This document shows, in pieces, positions 47,504 to 57,920 of a stretch of DNA of 64,000 bases; within the stretch, counting starts at the first letter, position 1; each line of letters starts with the position of its first letter. Source of the stretch: Actinomycetota bacterium (GTDB taxonomy: Bacteria > Actinomycetota > Actinomycetes > S36-B12); NCBI GenBank assembly GCA_030645615.1, contig JAUSNB010000014.1, positions 33,710 through 97,709 on the forward strand. The letters run 5' to 3'. The notes beneath the pieces were generated by a model. It did not search any database and was not told where the DNA came from. It saw only the letters and a program-made list of their open reading frames with translations. The position numbers and the translations under genes were made by a program.

Positions 47504-48885
47504 CGGAAGACCTGCGCCACCTGTCGTTGTGGTGGGACGCGCTTCCCGACGAACTCCGCATGCCGCTCGGGGCCGCCATGACCGGCGACACCGACGCCGA
47601 TGTCGCCATCGTCGGCGGCGGCTACACCGGGTTGTGGACCGCGCACTACCTGCACCGCGCCGACCCCACCCTGCGGATTGCCATCGTCGAGGCCGAGCAA
47701 GCCGGCTTCGGGGCCAGTGGCCGCAACGGCGGCTGGGCCTCGTCGCTCTTCCCGGCCAGCCTCGACGCGCTCGCTCGCCGGTCATCGCGAGCAGAGGCCG
47801 TCCGCATGAAGCGGACGATGAACGACACCGTCGACGAGATAGGCCGCGTCGCATCGGCAGAAGGCTGGGACATCGGGTGGCGCAAGGGCGGCACGGTCGT
47901 GCTCTGCCGCACCCCGCTGCAGTGGCAGGCCGCGCGCGATGAGGTCGACTCCATGCGCGGCTGGGGCTTCGGCGCGGACGACATCCGCCTGCTCGACCGC
48001 GACGAGGCCCTCGGCCTGGCCGGCGCCACTGACGTCATCGGGGGCACGTATACGCCTCACTGCGCCGCGATCCAGCCGGCCCGGCTGGTCCGGCTGCTGG
48101 CCCGGAGCGTCGTCAACGATGGAACCCGCCTCTTCGAGGGCACCCGTGCCCTCGCCATCGAGCCGGGCCTGGTCCGCACGGATCGGGGCAGCCTGCGGGC
48201 CCGGGTCGTCGTGCGGGCCACCGAGGGGTACACCCGGACGCTGAAAGGGCAGGCCCGCGCACTCGCCCCCATCTACTCGCTCATGCTCGCCACGGAGCCG
48301 TTGCCCGAGGACGTCTGGCGGGCCATCGGACTCGCGCACCGGGAGACATTCGCCGACGGCCGCCACCTGATCATCTACGGGCAGCGCACGGACGACGGCA
48401 GGATCGCCTTCGGGGGACGTGGCGCGCCGTATCACTTCCGGTCACGGATCACGGCGGATCAGGACCGCAACGCGCATGTGCACCGGGCGCTGTGGGAGGT
48501 ACTGGTGGACCTGTTCCCCGTGCTGCACGACGCCCGCGTCACGCACACGTGGGGAGGTCCGTTGGGGGTGCCGCGGGACTGGTGGGCCTCCTGCGGGCTC
48601 GATCGTGCGACGGGGCTGGCGTGGGCCGGCGGATACGTCGGTGACGGCGTCGGCACGTCGAACCTGGCCGGGCGCACGCTCGCGGACCTCATCACGGAAC
48701 GGGCGAGCGACCTGGTCACCCTGCCGTGGGTCAATCACCGCTCGCGGGACTGGGAGCCCGAGCCGCTGCGATGGCTGGGGGCCAACATCGGACTGCGCGT
48801 GATGACGAGCGCAGACGAGGTCGAGGCCCGCACCGGCATGCCTTCGCGGCGCGCTGCCCTATTCGCCAGGAAGATCGGGCACTAG
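47500..48885 (+). CDS. FAD-dependent amine oxidoreductase (DAO/PuuB-OrdL-like), second copy
   Basis: IVGGGYTGLW, GASGRNGG, WGGPLG, YVGDGV, WEPEPLRW. Confidence 0.9.
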   Translation: MTEDLRHLSLWWDALPDELRMPLGAAMTGDTDADVAIVGGGYTGLWTAHYLHRADPTLRIAIVEAEQAGFGASGRNGGWASSLFPASLDALARRSSRAEAVRMKRTMNDTVDEIGRVASAEGWDIGWRKGGTVVLCRTPLQWQAARDEVDSMRGWGFGADDIRLLDRDEALGLAGATDVIGGTYTPHCAAIQPARLVRLLARSVVNDGTRLFEGTRALAIEPGLVRTDRGSLRARVVVRATEGYTRTLKGQARALAPIYSLMLATEPLPEDVWRAIGLAHRETFADGRHLIIYGQRTDDGRIAFGGRGAPYHFRSRITADQDRNAHVHRALWEVLVDLFPVLHDARVTHTWGGPLGVPRDWWASCGLDRATGLAWAGGYVGDGVGTSNLAGRTLADLITERASDLVTLPWVNHRSRDWEPEPLRWLGANIGLRVMTSADEVEARTGMPSRRAALFARKIGH

Positions 48886-50324
48886 GGGCGGCCGGCGGCC
48901 AGGTACGAGGTCTTCGATGTCGTGAAGAACTCCACGGCAGCGGTGCCCTGCTCCCTCGGCCCGTGGCTGCTCTCCCCGCGACCGCCGAAGGGGACGTGGA
49001 AGTCGACGCCCGCCGTAGGCAGGTTGACCATCACCATGCCGGCCTTGCTCGCGCGCCGGAAGTGCGCGGCCTCGGCCAGGTTCGTGGTGCAGATCCCGGC
49101 CGACAGGTTCATCGTGCTGGCGTTTGCCGCGGCAACGGCTTCCTCGTAGTCCGCGACGCGCACCACCGAGACGACGGGTCCGAAGACCTCCTCGCGGCTG
49201 ATCGTGCTGTCGACCGTCGCGCCCAGCGCGAGCGCCGGCTCCAGGAAGTGCCCGGCGTCGCCGAGCCGTCGGCCACCGATGACGTCGGCGCCCTCTGCGG
49301 CCGCGATGGCGAGGTAGCGCTCGTCCTGCTCGAGCTGGGACGCATCGACGACCGGTCCCATGTCGATGCCAGTCGCCCTTGCGTCCCCCACCCGCCAGCC
49401 GGCCAGGCGACTCCGGATGCCGGCCACCAGGGCGTCGTGGATACCGTCCGTCGCGACGAGCACGGATGAGGCCGTGCACCGCTGGCCGGTGGAGCCGAAG
49501 CCGCCCTGCACCAGGCATTCGACCGCAACCGCCAGGTCGGCCTTGTCCGTGACGACGAGCGGGTTCTTGCCGCCGAGCTCGAGCTGGACCTTGGTGCTGC
49601 GCCCGGCCAGCGACTCGAGGATCCGGCGGCCGGTCTCCACGGATCCCGTGAACGTCACGGCAGCGACGGACGGGTGCCCGGTCAGCGCGGGTCCGACCTG
49701 GGAGCCGCGGCCCAGGACGAGGTTGAGCACCCCAGGGGGCAGGCCGGCCCGGTTGAGGATGTCCACCAGCTCCCAGGCGGAGGCCGGGACCAGCTCGGCT
49801 GGCTTGAACACGACGGTGTTGCCGAATGCGAGCGCGGGAGCGATCTTCCATGCCGGGATGGCGATGGGGAAGTTCCACGGCGTGATCACGGTGACCACCC
49901 CCAGCGGCTCCCGGGTCACGGTGATCTCCACGCCGGCTCGCACGGAGTCCAGGGCCTGGCCGTGTGGCTGGAGGGCCACGCCCGCGAAGTACTTCAGGAT
50001 CTGGCCGGCCCGGACGACCTCGCCGCGCGCCTCGGCCAGGGTCTTGCCCTCCTCGCGCGCGAGCAGGTCGCCGAGCTCGTCGGCTCTCGCGAGGACCTCG
50101 CTGCCGGCCCGGTCCAGGATCTCGGCTCGCTGCCACGGAGTGGTCGCTGCCCACTCGGGGAAGGCGGTCGCGGCGGCGTCCACCGCGGCGACGGCGGTGC
50201 CGGGGTCGCCCATGCTGGCCACCGCCACCACGTCAGTCGGTTCCGACGGGTTGAGGTCGGGCTGCTCGGCAGAGCCGGCATAGCTCGCTCCCGCCACCAC
50301 GGATGCGAGCACCCGCGACGTCAT
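48882..50324 (-). CDS. Aldehyde dehydrogenase (semialdehyde dehydrogenase-like)
   Basis: ITPWNFPIAIP, FKPAE, FTGS, LELGGKNP, STGQRCTA, EEVFGP. Confidence 0.92.
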   Translation of the reverse strand: MTSRVLASVVAGASYAGSAEQPDLNPSEPTDVVAVASMGDPGTAVAAVDAAATAFPEWAATTPWQRAEILDRAGSEVLARADELGDLLAREEGKTLAEARGEVVRAGQILKYFAGVALQPHGQALDSVRAGVEITVTREPLGVVTVITPWNFPIAIPAWKIAPALAFGNTVVFKPAELVPASAWELVDILNRAGLPPGVLNLVLGRGSQVGPALTGHPSVAAVTFTGSVETGRRILESLAGRSTKVQLELGGKNPLVVTDKADLAVAVECLVQGGFGSTGQRCTASSVLVATDGIHDALVAGIRSRLAGWRVGDARATGIDMGPVVDASQLEQDERYLAIAAAEGADVIGGRRLGDAGHFLEPALALGATVDSTISREEVFGPVVSVVRVADYEEAVAAANASTMNLSAGICTTNLAEAAHFRRASKAGMVMVNLPTAGVDFHVPFGGRGESSHGPREQGTAAVEFFTTSKTSYLAAGRP

Positions 50325-51496
50325 CGGTAGGCCGCGATCCCCGTGAGTGCCTCGCCCACGACGAGGGTGTGCATCTCGTTCGTGCCCTCGTAGGTGTACA
50401 CCGACTCAAGGTTGTTCATGTGGCGGATCACGGGGTACTCCAGCGTGATCCCGTTGCCGCCGAGGATGCCACGGCACTCGCGGGCAATCGCCAGGGCCTC
50501 GCGGGCATTGTTGAGCTTGCCGACGCTGACCTGCTCGGGACGCAGCAGGTGCTCGTCCTTCAGACGGCCGAGGTGCAGCGCCAGCAGCATGCCCTTGCCC
50601 AGCTCGAGCGACATGTCGGCCAGCTTGCGCTGGGTCAGCTGGAAGCCGGCGATCGGACGGTCGAATTGCTCGCGGCTGATCGCGTAGTCGATCGCTGTCT
50701 CCAGGCAGTCGCGGGCGGCGCCCATCGTGCCGAACACGATGCCGAAACGTGCCTCGTTCAAGCACGAGAGCGGGCCGCGCAGGCCGCGCACCCCGGGAAG
50801 CATGGCATCGCCCGGCAACCGCAGCCCGTCGAAGACCAGCTCGCTGGTGACCGATGCACGAAGCGAGAGCTTCTTGTGGATCTCGCGCGCGCTGAAGCCG
50901 GGCGCGTCGGTCGGGACGACGAATCCCCTGATGCCGTCGTCGGTCTGCGCCCACACCACGGCCACGTCGGCCACGTTGCCGTTGGTGATCCACATCTTCG
51001 ACCCGTCGATCACCCAGTCGTCCCCGTCGCGACGCGCGCTCGTGCGCATCCCGCCGGGGTTCGACCCGAAGTCCGCCTCGGTGAGCCCGAAGCAGCCGAT
51101 GGCCTCGCCCGTCGCCATGCGCGGCAGCCACTCCTGCTTGTGCTCCTCGCTGCCGAACGCGTGGATCGCGTACATCGCCAGCGATCCCTGGACGCTCACG
51201 AGGGACCGGATGCCGGAGTCACCGGCCTCGAGTTCCACGCAGGCCAGGCCGTAGGCGACCGCCGAGGTGCCCTGGCAGCCGTACCCCTCCAGGTGCATGC
51301 CGAGCACACCGAGGGTGCCCAGCTCGCGGGCCAGCTCGCGGGCGGGGATGCGGCCCTCCTCGAACCAGTCGGCCACCAGCGGCTTGATCTCGGTGTCGAC
51401 GAAATCCCTCACCACATCGCGGATGGCCCGTTCCTCCTCGGACAGGAGGTGGTCGAACGAGATCAGGTCAAGTGGTGATTGCGGCACGACGGGCAT
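50321..51496 (-). CDS. Acyl-CoA dehydrogenase, glutaryl-CoA dehydrogenase-like
   Basis: DSGIRSLVSVQGSL, IGCFGLTE, KLSLRASVT, LGGNGI, HMNNLESVYTYEGT (GCDH-type signatures). Confidence 0.88.
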   Translation of the reverse strand: MPVVPQSPLDLISFDHLLSEEERAIRDVVRDFVDTEIKPLVADWFEEGRIPARELARELGTLGVLGMHLEGYGCQGTSAVAYGLACVELEAGDSGIRSLVSVQGSLAMYAIHAFGSEEHKQEWLPRMATGEAIGCFGLTEADFGSNPGGMRTSARRDGDDWVIDGSKMWITNGNVADVAVVWAQTDDGIRGFVVPTDAPGFSAREIHKKLSLRASVTSELVFDGLRLPGDAMLPGVRGLRGPLSCLNEARFGIVFGTMGAARDCLETAIDYAISREQFDRPIAGFQLTQRKLADMSLELGKGMLLALHLGRLKDEHLLRPEQVSVGKLNNAREALAIARECRGILGGNGITLEYPVIRHMNNLESVYTYEGTNEMHTLVVGEALTGIAAYR

Positions 51497-51505
51497 GTGT
51501 CCCTC

Positions 51506-52219
51506 TCAATGTGGATCCAATTCGCGGATTGTATCCAATCCACGGAACGGCGGCGTTGCAGGTCCCATCTGGCGTTCGAGGATCGCCCGCACCGTGTCCA
51601 CCGAGTTGGCCCGATGCACCTCGTGCAGGTCGATGACGTGCTGCGGGTTTCCCGCGCGCAGCGCCTCGACGATCCCGGCGTGCTCATCAGCAACCCGGGA
51701 CCGGTTCGCCTCCTGCTGGAAGTACAGCGCCCGGTAGGCGTCCGTGGCATCCCAGAGCTGGTGCAGCAACCGGGACAGCCGCGGGAGTCCGGCCGCATCG
51801 AAGATCGCGAAGTGGAATCGGCGATTGGCCGCGGTCATGGCCAGGACGTCGCCAGCCGCTGCCGCCCGGTCCACGTCACCCGAGAGAGCCGCAACGGCAT
51901 CGACGTCCGGCTCGGTGAGGGCCGGCACGGCCACCCGCAGCGCCTCCGCCTCGAGCAGGGAGCGCAGGCGGTACACCTCGAGCAGGTCCCCCACGCTCAA
52001 CTCCGCGATGAAGTAGCCGCGGTGCGGGTGGTAGACCACCTGCCCCTCTGCCTCCAGCATCTTCAGGGCCTCGCGGACGGGCACCCGGCTCACCCCGTAC
52101 CGCTCGGCCAGCGCTTCCTGGACGACCTGGTCGCCGGGGCCGAGGTCACCCGTGAGGATGTCGGTTCGCAGCCCGACGAGCACGGCATCCTGGGCGGTGG
52201 GCCTGCGCGGCGCGGTCAT
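51506..52219 (-). CDS. GntR family transcriptional regulator (FCD domain)
   Basis: LAERYGVSRVPVREAL HTH, NRRFHFAI, EH. Confidence 0.94.
   Translation of the reverse strand: MTAPRRPTAQDAVLVGLRTDILTGDLGPGDQVVQEALAERYGVSRVPVREALKMLEAEGQVVYHPHRGYFIAELSVGDLLEVYRLRSLLEAEALRVAVPALTEPDVDAVAALSGDVDRAAAAGDVLAMTAANRRFHFAIFDAAGLPRLSRLLHQLWDATDAYRALYFQQEANRSRVADEHAGIVEALRAGNPQHVIDLHEVHRANSVDTVRAILERQMGPATPPFRGLDTIRELDPH
51509..51541. promoter_or_regulatory. Putative GntR operator(s) and internal promoter for the acyl-CoA dehydrogenase
   Basis: GGATTGTATCCAATCC at 51526-51541 (identical to 53372-53387) containing minus-strand -10 TACAAT; variant GTGGATCCAAT at 51511-51521. Confidence 0.7.
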
Positions 52220-53367
52220 GCCGGCGCTCCGGACATGCCCAGCATGGCCAGCACCTCGGCGCGGTCCTCCCCGATCCCGGGCGGGGCGCCGCGGTAGGCG
52301 ATGGGGGTCGCGGAGAAGCGCACCGGGTTCGCCACCTGGCGCACCCGACGAGGCCCGTCGACGAGCGTCACGACGGGCTCGAGCCCGAGTCGCTCAGCCA
52401 AGGCGAACCCCTGCGCGACGTCGTTGATAGGACCGCATGGAACCCCGACGGCCGTGAGATCCACCTGCCAGGCGTCCGCATCGCGCTCGCCGAGCCGGGC
52501 CTCGAGCAACACGCGGAGCGCCATGCGGTTCCGCACGCGCGCGCTGTTCGTCGCGAACTGCGGGTCGGCCGCGATCCCGGGCAGGCCGATGACCTCGGCC
52601 AATCGGGCGAACTGCCCGTCGTTGCCGACGGCGACCACTATCGGCCGATCGCGGGCGGCAAGCACCTCATACGGCGCGATCGACGGATGGGCGTTGCCCA
52701 GGCGGCCCGGCACGACGCCGGCCCCCACGAAAGCCGAGGCCTGGTTGACCAGGCTCGACTGCAGGGCGCCGAGCAGGGTCACCTCGAGATGCTGGCCGAT
52801 GCCCATGGCCTCCCGGTGGCGCAGCGCGGCGAGGATCCCCACCGTTGCGTGCAGCCCCGTCAGGACATCGACCAGCGCGACCCCCGCCTTGGTCGGCTCG
52901 GCATCGCCGGTGATGCTCATCAGCCCGCCCATGGCCTGGACCAGCAGGTCGTACCCCGGCAGGTCCGCCCCGGCCCCCGACCCGAAGCCGCTGATCGAGC
53001 AGTACACGATCCCGGCGTTGGCCGTCCGGACCGTGCCGTAGTCCAAGCCGAACCGGGCAAGCCCGCCCGGCTTGTAGTTCTCCACAAGGACGTCGGCGCG
53101 CCGTGCCAGCGCCTCCGCGACCGCGCGGTCACCTGGTGAGCCTAGGTCGAGGTCGATCGACTTCTTGCCGCGGTTGACGGACTGGAAGTAGGTCGACTGG
53201 CCATCCGGGGCAAACGGCGGGCCCCACGCCCGGGTGTCGTCGCCGACGACCGGGCGCTCGACCTTGATCACGGTGGCGCCGAGGTCAGCGAGCAGCATCG
53301 TGGCATAGGGACCGGCCAGCACCCGCGAGAAGTCGGCGACCAGGACCCCGTCCAGCGTTCCCGTCAT
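52216..53367 (-). CDS. CaiB/BaiF family III CoA transferase
   Basis: DFSRVLAGP, GDDTRAWGPP, NRGKKS, ENYKPG, GYDLLVQA, GNAHPSIAPY. Confidence 0.94.
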   Translation of the reverse strand: MTGTLDGVLVADFSRVLAGPYATMLLADLGATVIKVERPVVGDDTRAWGPPFAPDGQSTYFQSVNRGKKSIDLDLGSPGDRAVAEALARRADVLVENYKPGGLARFGLDYGTVRTANAGIVYCSISGFGSGAGADLPGYDLLVQAMGGLMSITGDAEPTKAGVALVDVLTGLHATVGILAALRHREAMGIGQHLEVTLLGALQSSLVNQASAFVGAGVVPGRLGNAHPSIAPYEVLAARDRPIVVAVGNDGQFARLAEVIGLPGIAADPQFATNSARVRNRMALRVLLEARLGERDADAWQVDLTAVGVPCGPINDVAQGFALAERLGLEPVVTLVDGPRRVRQVANPVRFSATPIAYRGAPPGIGEDRAEVLAMLGMSGAPA

Positions 53368-53368
53368 G

Positions 53369-53390
53369 GCGGGATTGTATCCAATCCCGC
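53369..53390. promoter_or_regulatory. Operator palindrome overlapping the leaderless promoter of the CoA transferase
   Basis: GCGGGATTG-TATC-CAATCCCGC; minus-strand TACAAT (53379-53374) is 6 nt before ATG 53367. Confidence 0.75.
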
Positions 53391-55273
53391 TACCCGGAGC
53401 GCGGAGCCAGGAACGGGGTGATCGCTTCGAGCACGCCGGGGTCCTCGATCGTGCTCGGCGTGGGCTCCGGTCGACCGTCGGCGATGCCCCGCATCGTCCG
53501 CCGAAGGATCTTGCCCGATCGGGTCTTCGGCAGTCCCGGCACGACGACCACTTCCTTCAGCGCGGCGACCGGGCCGATCTGGCTCCTGACCGCTGCCACC
53601 ACCTGGCGCTCCAACTCGGCCGGGTCGATCCCCGCGCCCGCCTTCAGCACGACGAACGCCCGCGGCACCTGGCCCTTGAGGTCGTCGTGAACACCGATCA
53701 CCGCGCACTCAGCGACCATGGGGTGGCTGGCGACGACTGCCTCCATCGAGCCGGTCGACAGTCGGTGCCCGGCCACGTTGATGACGTCGTCGGTGCGACC
53801 CATGACGAAGACATACCCGTCGTCGTCGAGGTACCCGCCGTCGCCCGTCGTGTAGTAGCCAGGGAAGGCACGCAAGTAGGAGTCCACGAAGCGGTCGTCA
53901 TCCCCCCACAGGGTCGGCAGCGTGCCGGGCGGCAACGGGAGCCGGATCACGATCGACCCGTCCTGGCCGGGCGGCACCTCGATGCCCTCGGCATCGACGA
54001 TGCGGATGTCGTAGCCCGGAACGGGCACTGTCGGAGAGCCAGGCTTGATCGGCATCGGCTGTAACCCGCGCAGGTTGGCCGCGATCGGCCAGCCGGTCTC
54101 GGTCTGCCACCAGTTGTCGACGATCGGGATGCCGAGGCGCTCGGCTGCCCAGTGGTACGTATCGGGGTCGAGCCGCTCCCCGGCGAGGAACAGCGTGCGC
54201 AGGGTCGACAGGTCGTGGCCCGCGACGAGCGCGCCGTCCGGATCCTCGCGCTTGATCGCGCGGATCGCGGTGGGGGCCGTGAACAGCCCGGCCACCCCGT
54301 AGTCGGCGACCACTCGCCAGAAGGCCCCCGCGTCGGGGGTGCCGACCGGCTTGCCCTCGTAGAGGACCGTGGTGGCCCCGCTGATCAGCGGCGCGTACAC
54401 GATGTAGGAGTGGCCAACCACCCAGCCGACGTCGGAGGCCGCCCACCAGGTGTCGTCGGGAGTCATCCCGTACACGGCGTCGAACGACCACGCCATCGCC
54501 ACGGCATGTCCGCCGTTGTCGCGCACGACGCCCTTCGGACGGCCCGTGGTGCCCGACGTGTACAGGACATAGAGCGGATCGGTTGCCGCGACGGGCACGG
54601 GCGGGTGCGGCTCGGCTGTCGACATGGCCGCGTCCCAGTCGACGTCCCGCTCCCCCAGCGCAACCTGGGACTGGGGCCGCTCGAGGACGACCGTGGCCGC
54701 GGGCTGATGCGTCGCCAGCGCAAGCGCCTCGTCAAGGAGCGGCTTGTACGGGACGACCCTGTTCGGCTCGATGCCGCAGCTTGCCGTGACGATCGCCGTG
54801 GGCCTGGCATCGTCGATCCGGACGGCCAGTTCCGCGGGCGCGAAGCCGCCGAACACCACGGAATGCACCGCACCCAGTCGAGCGCACGCCAGCATCGCCA
54901 CGACGGCCTCAGGCACCATCGGCATGTAGACGAGCACACGTTCGCCCGCGCGCACCCCCAGCCCGGCCAGGACCCCCGCGAACCTCCCCACGAGGTCGAG
55001 CAGCTCGACGTAGGTGATCGCCCGCGCCTCTCCGGTCACCGGGCTGTCGTAGTGGATCGCCACCCGGTCGCCGCGACCCGCCGCGACGTGCCGGTCGACG
55101 GCGTTGGCGCAGGTGTTCAGGGTGCCGTCCGGGAACCACCGGTACAGCGGGGCGGCCGTGTCGTCGAGGGCCTGCGTGGGCGCCTGCACCCAGTCGATGC
55201 GCCCAGCCTCGCGTAGCCAGAACGCCTCCGGGTCCGCCAACGATTGCCGGTAGGCGTCCTGGTAGGCGGTCAT
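53390..55273 (-). CDS. prpE: Propionyl-CoA synthetase
   Basis: YTSGTTGRPKG, ASDVGWVVGHSY, LAGERLD, DNWWQTETG, PKTRSGKILR. Confidence 0.88.
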   Translation of the reverse strand: MTAYQDAYRQSLADPEAFWLREAGRIDWVQAPTQALDDTAAPLYRWFPDGTLNTCANAVDRHVAAGRGDRVAIHYDSPVTGEARAITYVELLDLVGRFAGVLAGLGVRAGERVLVYMPMVPEAVVAMLACARLGAVHSVVFGGFAPAELAVRIDDARPTAIVTASCGIEPNRVVPYKPLLDEALALATHQPAATVVLERPQSQVALGERDVDWDAAMSTAEPHPPVPVAATDPLYVLYTSGTTGRPKGVVRDNGGHAVAMAWSFDAVYGMTPDDTWWAASDVGWVVGHSYIVYAPLISGATTVLYEGKPVGTPDAGAFWRVVADYGVAGLFTAPTAIRAIKREDPDGALVAGHDLSTLRTLFLAGERLDPDTYHWAAERLGIPIVDNWWQTETGWPIAANLRGLQPMPIKPGSPTVPVPGYDIRIVDAEGIEVPPGQDGSIVIRLPLPPGTLPTLWGDDDRFVDSYLRAFPGYYTTGDGGYLDDDGYVFVMGRTDDVINVAGHRLSTGSMEAVVASHPMVAECAVIGVHDDLKGQVPRAFVVLKAGAGIDPAELERQVVAAVRSQIGPVAALKEVVVVPGLPKTRSGKILRRTMRGIADGRPEPTPSTIEDPGVLEAITPFLAPRSG

Positions 55274-55869
55274 GTGCCCGCCTCGCGCCGGCCGGCGCGT
55301 TCCTGCAACGCCTTCTTGGCGGCGCCGCCCATCACCCGGATCAGCACGGCGATGAAGGCGATGTCCAGGGCCATCTGCGCCATCGTCACTGCGCGGGCCG
55401 GGACGGTCGTCGGCGAGATGTCGCCGAACCCGACGGTGGCCAGCACGGTGAGCGCGAAGTAGTAGGCCGAGAAGCTGTTGAGCGGCTCGCTGAATGCGTC
55501 AGGGTTGTCGACCGAGATGACGACGTAGAAGACCGAGAAGATCGCGAGGAACATCGTCGCGGTCAGGATGAGCGCCTCCACCGCGCGCAGCGTGGGAAAC
55601 CGCGCCTTGTACACGCCCCGCAACTGGCGCACGAAGAACACGGCGTAGATCGCGGACCCCCCCACAGCCATGGCCACCGGGTACACGGCCGACTCCTCGG
55701 GGCTCTCGGGGGCCAGGGACATGAGCCAGAAGATGAAGGCGAACCCGATCAGCAGGCGCGCCGCGGTCTGGAGGGACACCAGCGCAAGCTCCCGCCGGCT
55801 CAGCTGCGCCCTCGGCCCGCGCGGGACCGGGTCGTCGTCCGGAATGCCGCCCATGGAGGAGATGGTCAT
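55270..55869 (-). CDS. Potassium channel family protein (pore domain, no RCK)
   Basis: YFALTVLATVGFGDISP selectivity-filter motif; CAGACT-N6-ATG. Confidence 0.88.
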   Translation of the reverse strand: MTISSMGGIPDDDPVPRGPRAQLSRRELALVSLQTAARLLIGFAFIFWLMSLAPESPEESAVYPVAMAVGGSAIYAVFFVRQLRGVYKARFPTLRAVEALILTATMFLAIFSVFYVVISVDNPDAFSEPLNSFSAYYFALTVLATVGFGDISPTTVPARAVTMAQMALDIAFIAVLIRVMGGAAKKALQERAGRREAGT

Positions 55870-55908
55870 GGCCGGAGTCTGCCACCCGGGAACGGGGTCG
55901 TTGAGGTG

Positions 55909-57066
55909 CTATGCGGACGTGGCCGCGAGCTGGCCGCAGGCACCGTCGATCTCGCGGCCGCGGGTGTCGCGCACGGTGACCGGTACCCCGCGACGCTCCA
56001 GGGTACGGACGAACGCCCGCTCGTCCTCGGGACGGGACGCGGTCCACTTCGAGCCCGGAGTCGGATTGAGCGGGATGAGGTTGACGTGCACCAGCCGCCC
56101 GACCAGCAGGTCGGCGAGCAGATCGGCTCGCCAGGCCTGGTCGTTGATGTCCTTGATCAGCGCGTACTCGATGCTCACTCGGCGGTGGGTGCGATCGGCG
56201 TACCCCCACGCGGCGTCCAGGACCTCCGCCACCTTGTAGCGCGTATTGATCGGCACGAGGGTGTCGCGCAAGGCGTCGTCCGGGGCATGCAGCGAGACGG
56301 CGAGGGTGACCGGCAGGCCTTCGTCCGCCAACTGGCGCATGCGCGGCACCAGGCCGACGGTCGAGACGGTCACCCCGCGGGCGCTGATGCCCAGGCCACT
56401 CGGTGCAGGTTCCACGATGCGCCGCAGCGCGGACACGACGGCGGAGTAGTTGGCGAGTGGCTCGCCCATCCCCATGAAGACGACGTTGGACACCCGCCCG
56501 GGGCCGCCGGTGATCTCCCCCCTCGCCAGCGCACGAGCGCCCGCCACGACCTGCTCGGCGATCTCCGCGGCTGAGAGGTTCCTCGTCAGGCCAGCCTGCC
56601 CCGTGGCGCAGAAGGGACAGTTCATCCCGCAGCCGGCTTGGGAGGAGATGCACATGGTCACCCGGCCCCGCCGGGGGCGAGGAGGGAGCACAGCGAGCCC
56701 CGGAGCCACCGGCGTATCAGCCGGGTAGCGCATGAGGACGCTCTCGACGAGGGCTCCGTCGTGCAGTCGCCAGACCGTCTTGACGGTCGTGCCCGCGTCG
56801 CAGTCGATCGACCGCACGGGCGTCAGCAGCGGTGGCAGCAGGGCCTCGGCGATCGTGCTGCGCTGCTCTGCCGGGAGGTCGGTCCACTCCGCCGGGTCGT
56901 TGCTCAGGCGCCCGAGCCAGTGACGCGACACCTGATCGGCGCGGTAGGCGGGCACGCCCAGCGCAGCAACGGCCTCGCGACGCGCAGCCGGATCGAGGTC
57001 GAGCAGGTGCCGGGGCGGCCGGCCGCGGGCGGGCGCCTCGAAGACCAACTCACCTGGCCGAGGCAC
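55909..57066 (-). CDS. rlmN: 23S rRNA (adenine(2503)-C2)-methyltransferase
   Basis: [18 protein letters not shown] radical SAM motif, [14 protein letters not shown]. Confidence 0.97.
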   Translation of the reverse strand: MPRPGELVFEAPARGRPPRHLLDLDPAARREAVAALGVPAYRADQVSRHWLGRLSNDPAEWTDLPAEQRSTIAEALLPPLLTPVRSIDCDAGTTVKTVWRLHDGALVESVLMRYPADTPVAPGLAVLPPRPRRGRVTMCISSQAGCGMNCPFCATGQAGLTRNLSAAEIAEQVVAGARALARGEITGGPGRVSNVVFMGMGEPLANYSAVVSALRRIVEPAPSGLGISARGVTVSTVGLVPRMRQLADEGLPVTLAVSLHAPDDALRDTLVPINTRYKVAEVLDAAWGYADRTHRRVSIEYALIKDINDQAWRADLLADLLVGRLVHVNLIPLNPTPGSKWTASRPEDERAFVRTLERRGVPVTVRDTRGREIDGACGQLAATSA

Positions 57067-57067
57067 C

Positions 57068-57916
57068 TCAGGTCCCCGAGCCCAGGAACACCATGAAGAT
57101 CGCCCAGGACGCGAATGCGTTCGGGATCAGCGAATCCAGCCGGTCCATCATCCCGCCGTGGCCAGGCAGGAACGTGCCCATGTCCTTGATGCCCAGGTCA
57201 CGCTTGACGGCGCTCTCCGCGAAGTCGCCGGCCGTGGCCGTCATCGTCAGGATCACGCCGGCGATCACGCCCTGCCACCACGGCGCCTCGAGCAGCCAGG
57301 CGAATGCGATCGCGCCGACGACGGCCTGCAGCAGCAGCGAACCGGCAAATCCCTCCCACGACTTCTTGGGGCTGATCTGCGGCGCGATCGGGTGCTTGCC
57401 GAAGAGCACCCCGGCCGCATACCCGCCGATGTCGTTGCAGACGGTGAGCAGGATGAAGACGATGACCCGCTGCGCACCGTTGTCGGCGGCCAACGTGAGC
57501 ATGAGGAAGCCGGCCATGAACGGCAGGTACACCGTGACGAACGCACTGGCCGTCACATCCCTGACGTAGCCCTCATAGCCGCGCCTGATCCGCCAGAGCA
57601 GCAGCGTCAGCACCACCGCGCCGGTCGCCACCAACTGGGCCGTCGGCCCCCACACGTACGCGACGGCAGGGACCACCACTGCGGCCGCGTAGAGAGGCGT
57701 GCGGGCCACGCGGATCTGCCGCTGCGCGAACGCGCGGACGAACTCGTGGACGGCGATCACGATCGCGACGACGACGACGATCCCGAAGATCCACTTGTAG
57801 GTGAACAGGCTCACGGCCACGACAGCGCCCAGGACCACGCCGGAGGCGATGGCCGCAGGGAGGTTCCGGCCGGCTCGCGACGCCTTGGGGGGCGGACTGC
57901 CGTCGGGTTCCGCCAC
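57068..57916 (-). CDS. cdsA: Phosphatidate cytidylyltransferase
   Basis: [36 protein letters not shown]. Confidence 0.96.
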   Translation of the reverse strand: MAEPDGSPPPKASRAGRNLPAAIASGVVLGAVVAVSLFTYKWIFGIVVVVAIVIAVHEFVRAFAQRQIRVARTPLYAAAVVVPAVAYVWGPTAQLVATGAVVLTLLLWRIRRGYEGYVRDVTASAFVTVYLPFMAGFLMLTLAADNGAQRVIVFILLTVCNDIGGYAAGVLFGKHPIAPQISPKKSWEGFAGSLLLQAVVGAIAFAWLLEAPWWQGVIAGVILTMTATAGDFAESAVKRDLGIKDMGTFLPGHGGMMDRLDSLIPNAFASWAIFMVFLGSGT

Positions 57917-57920
57917 CGCG

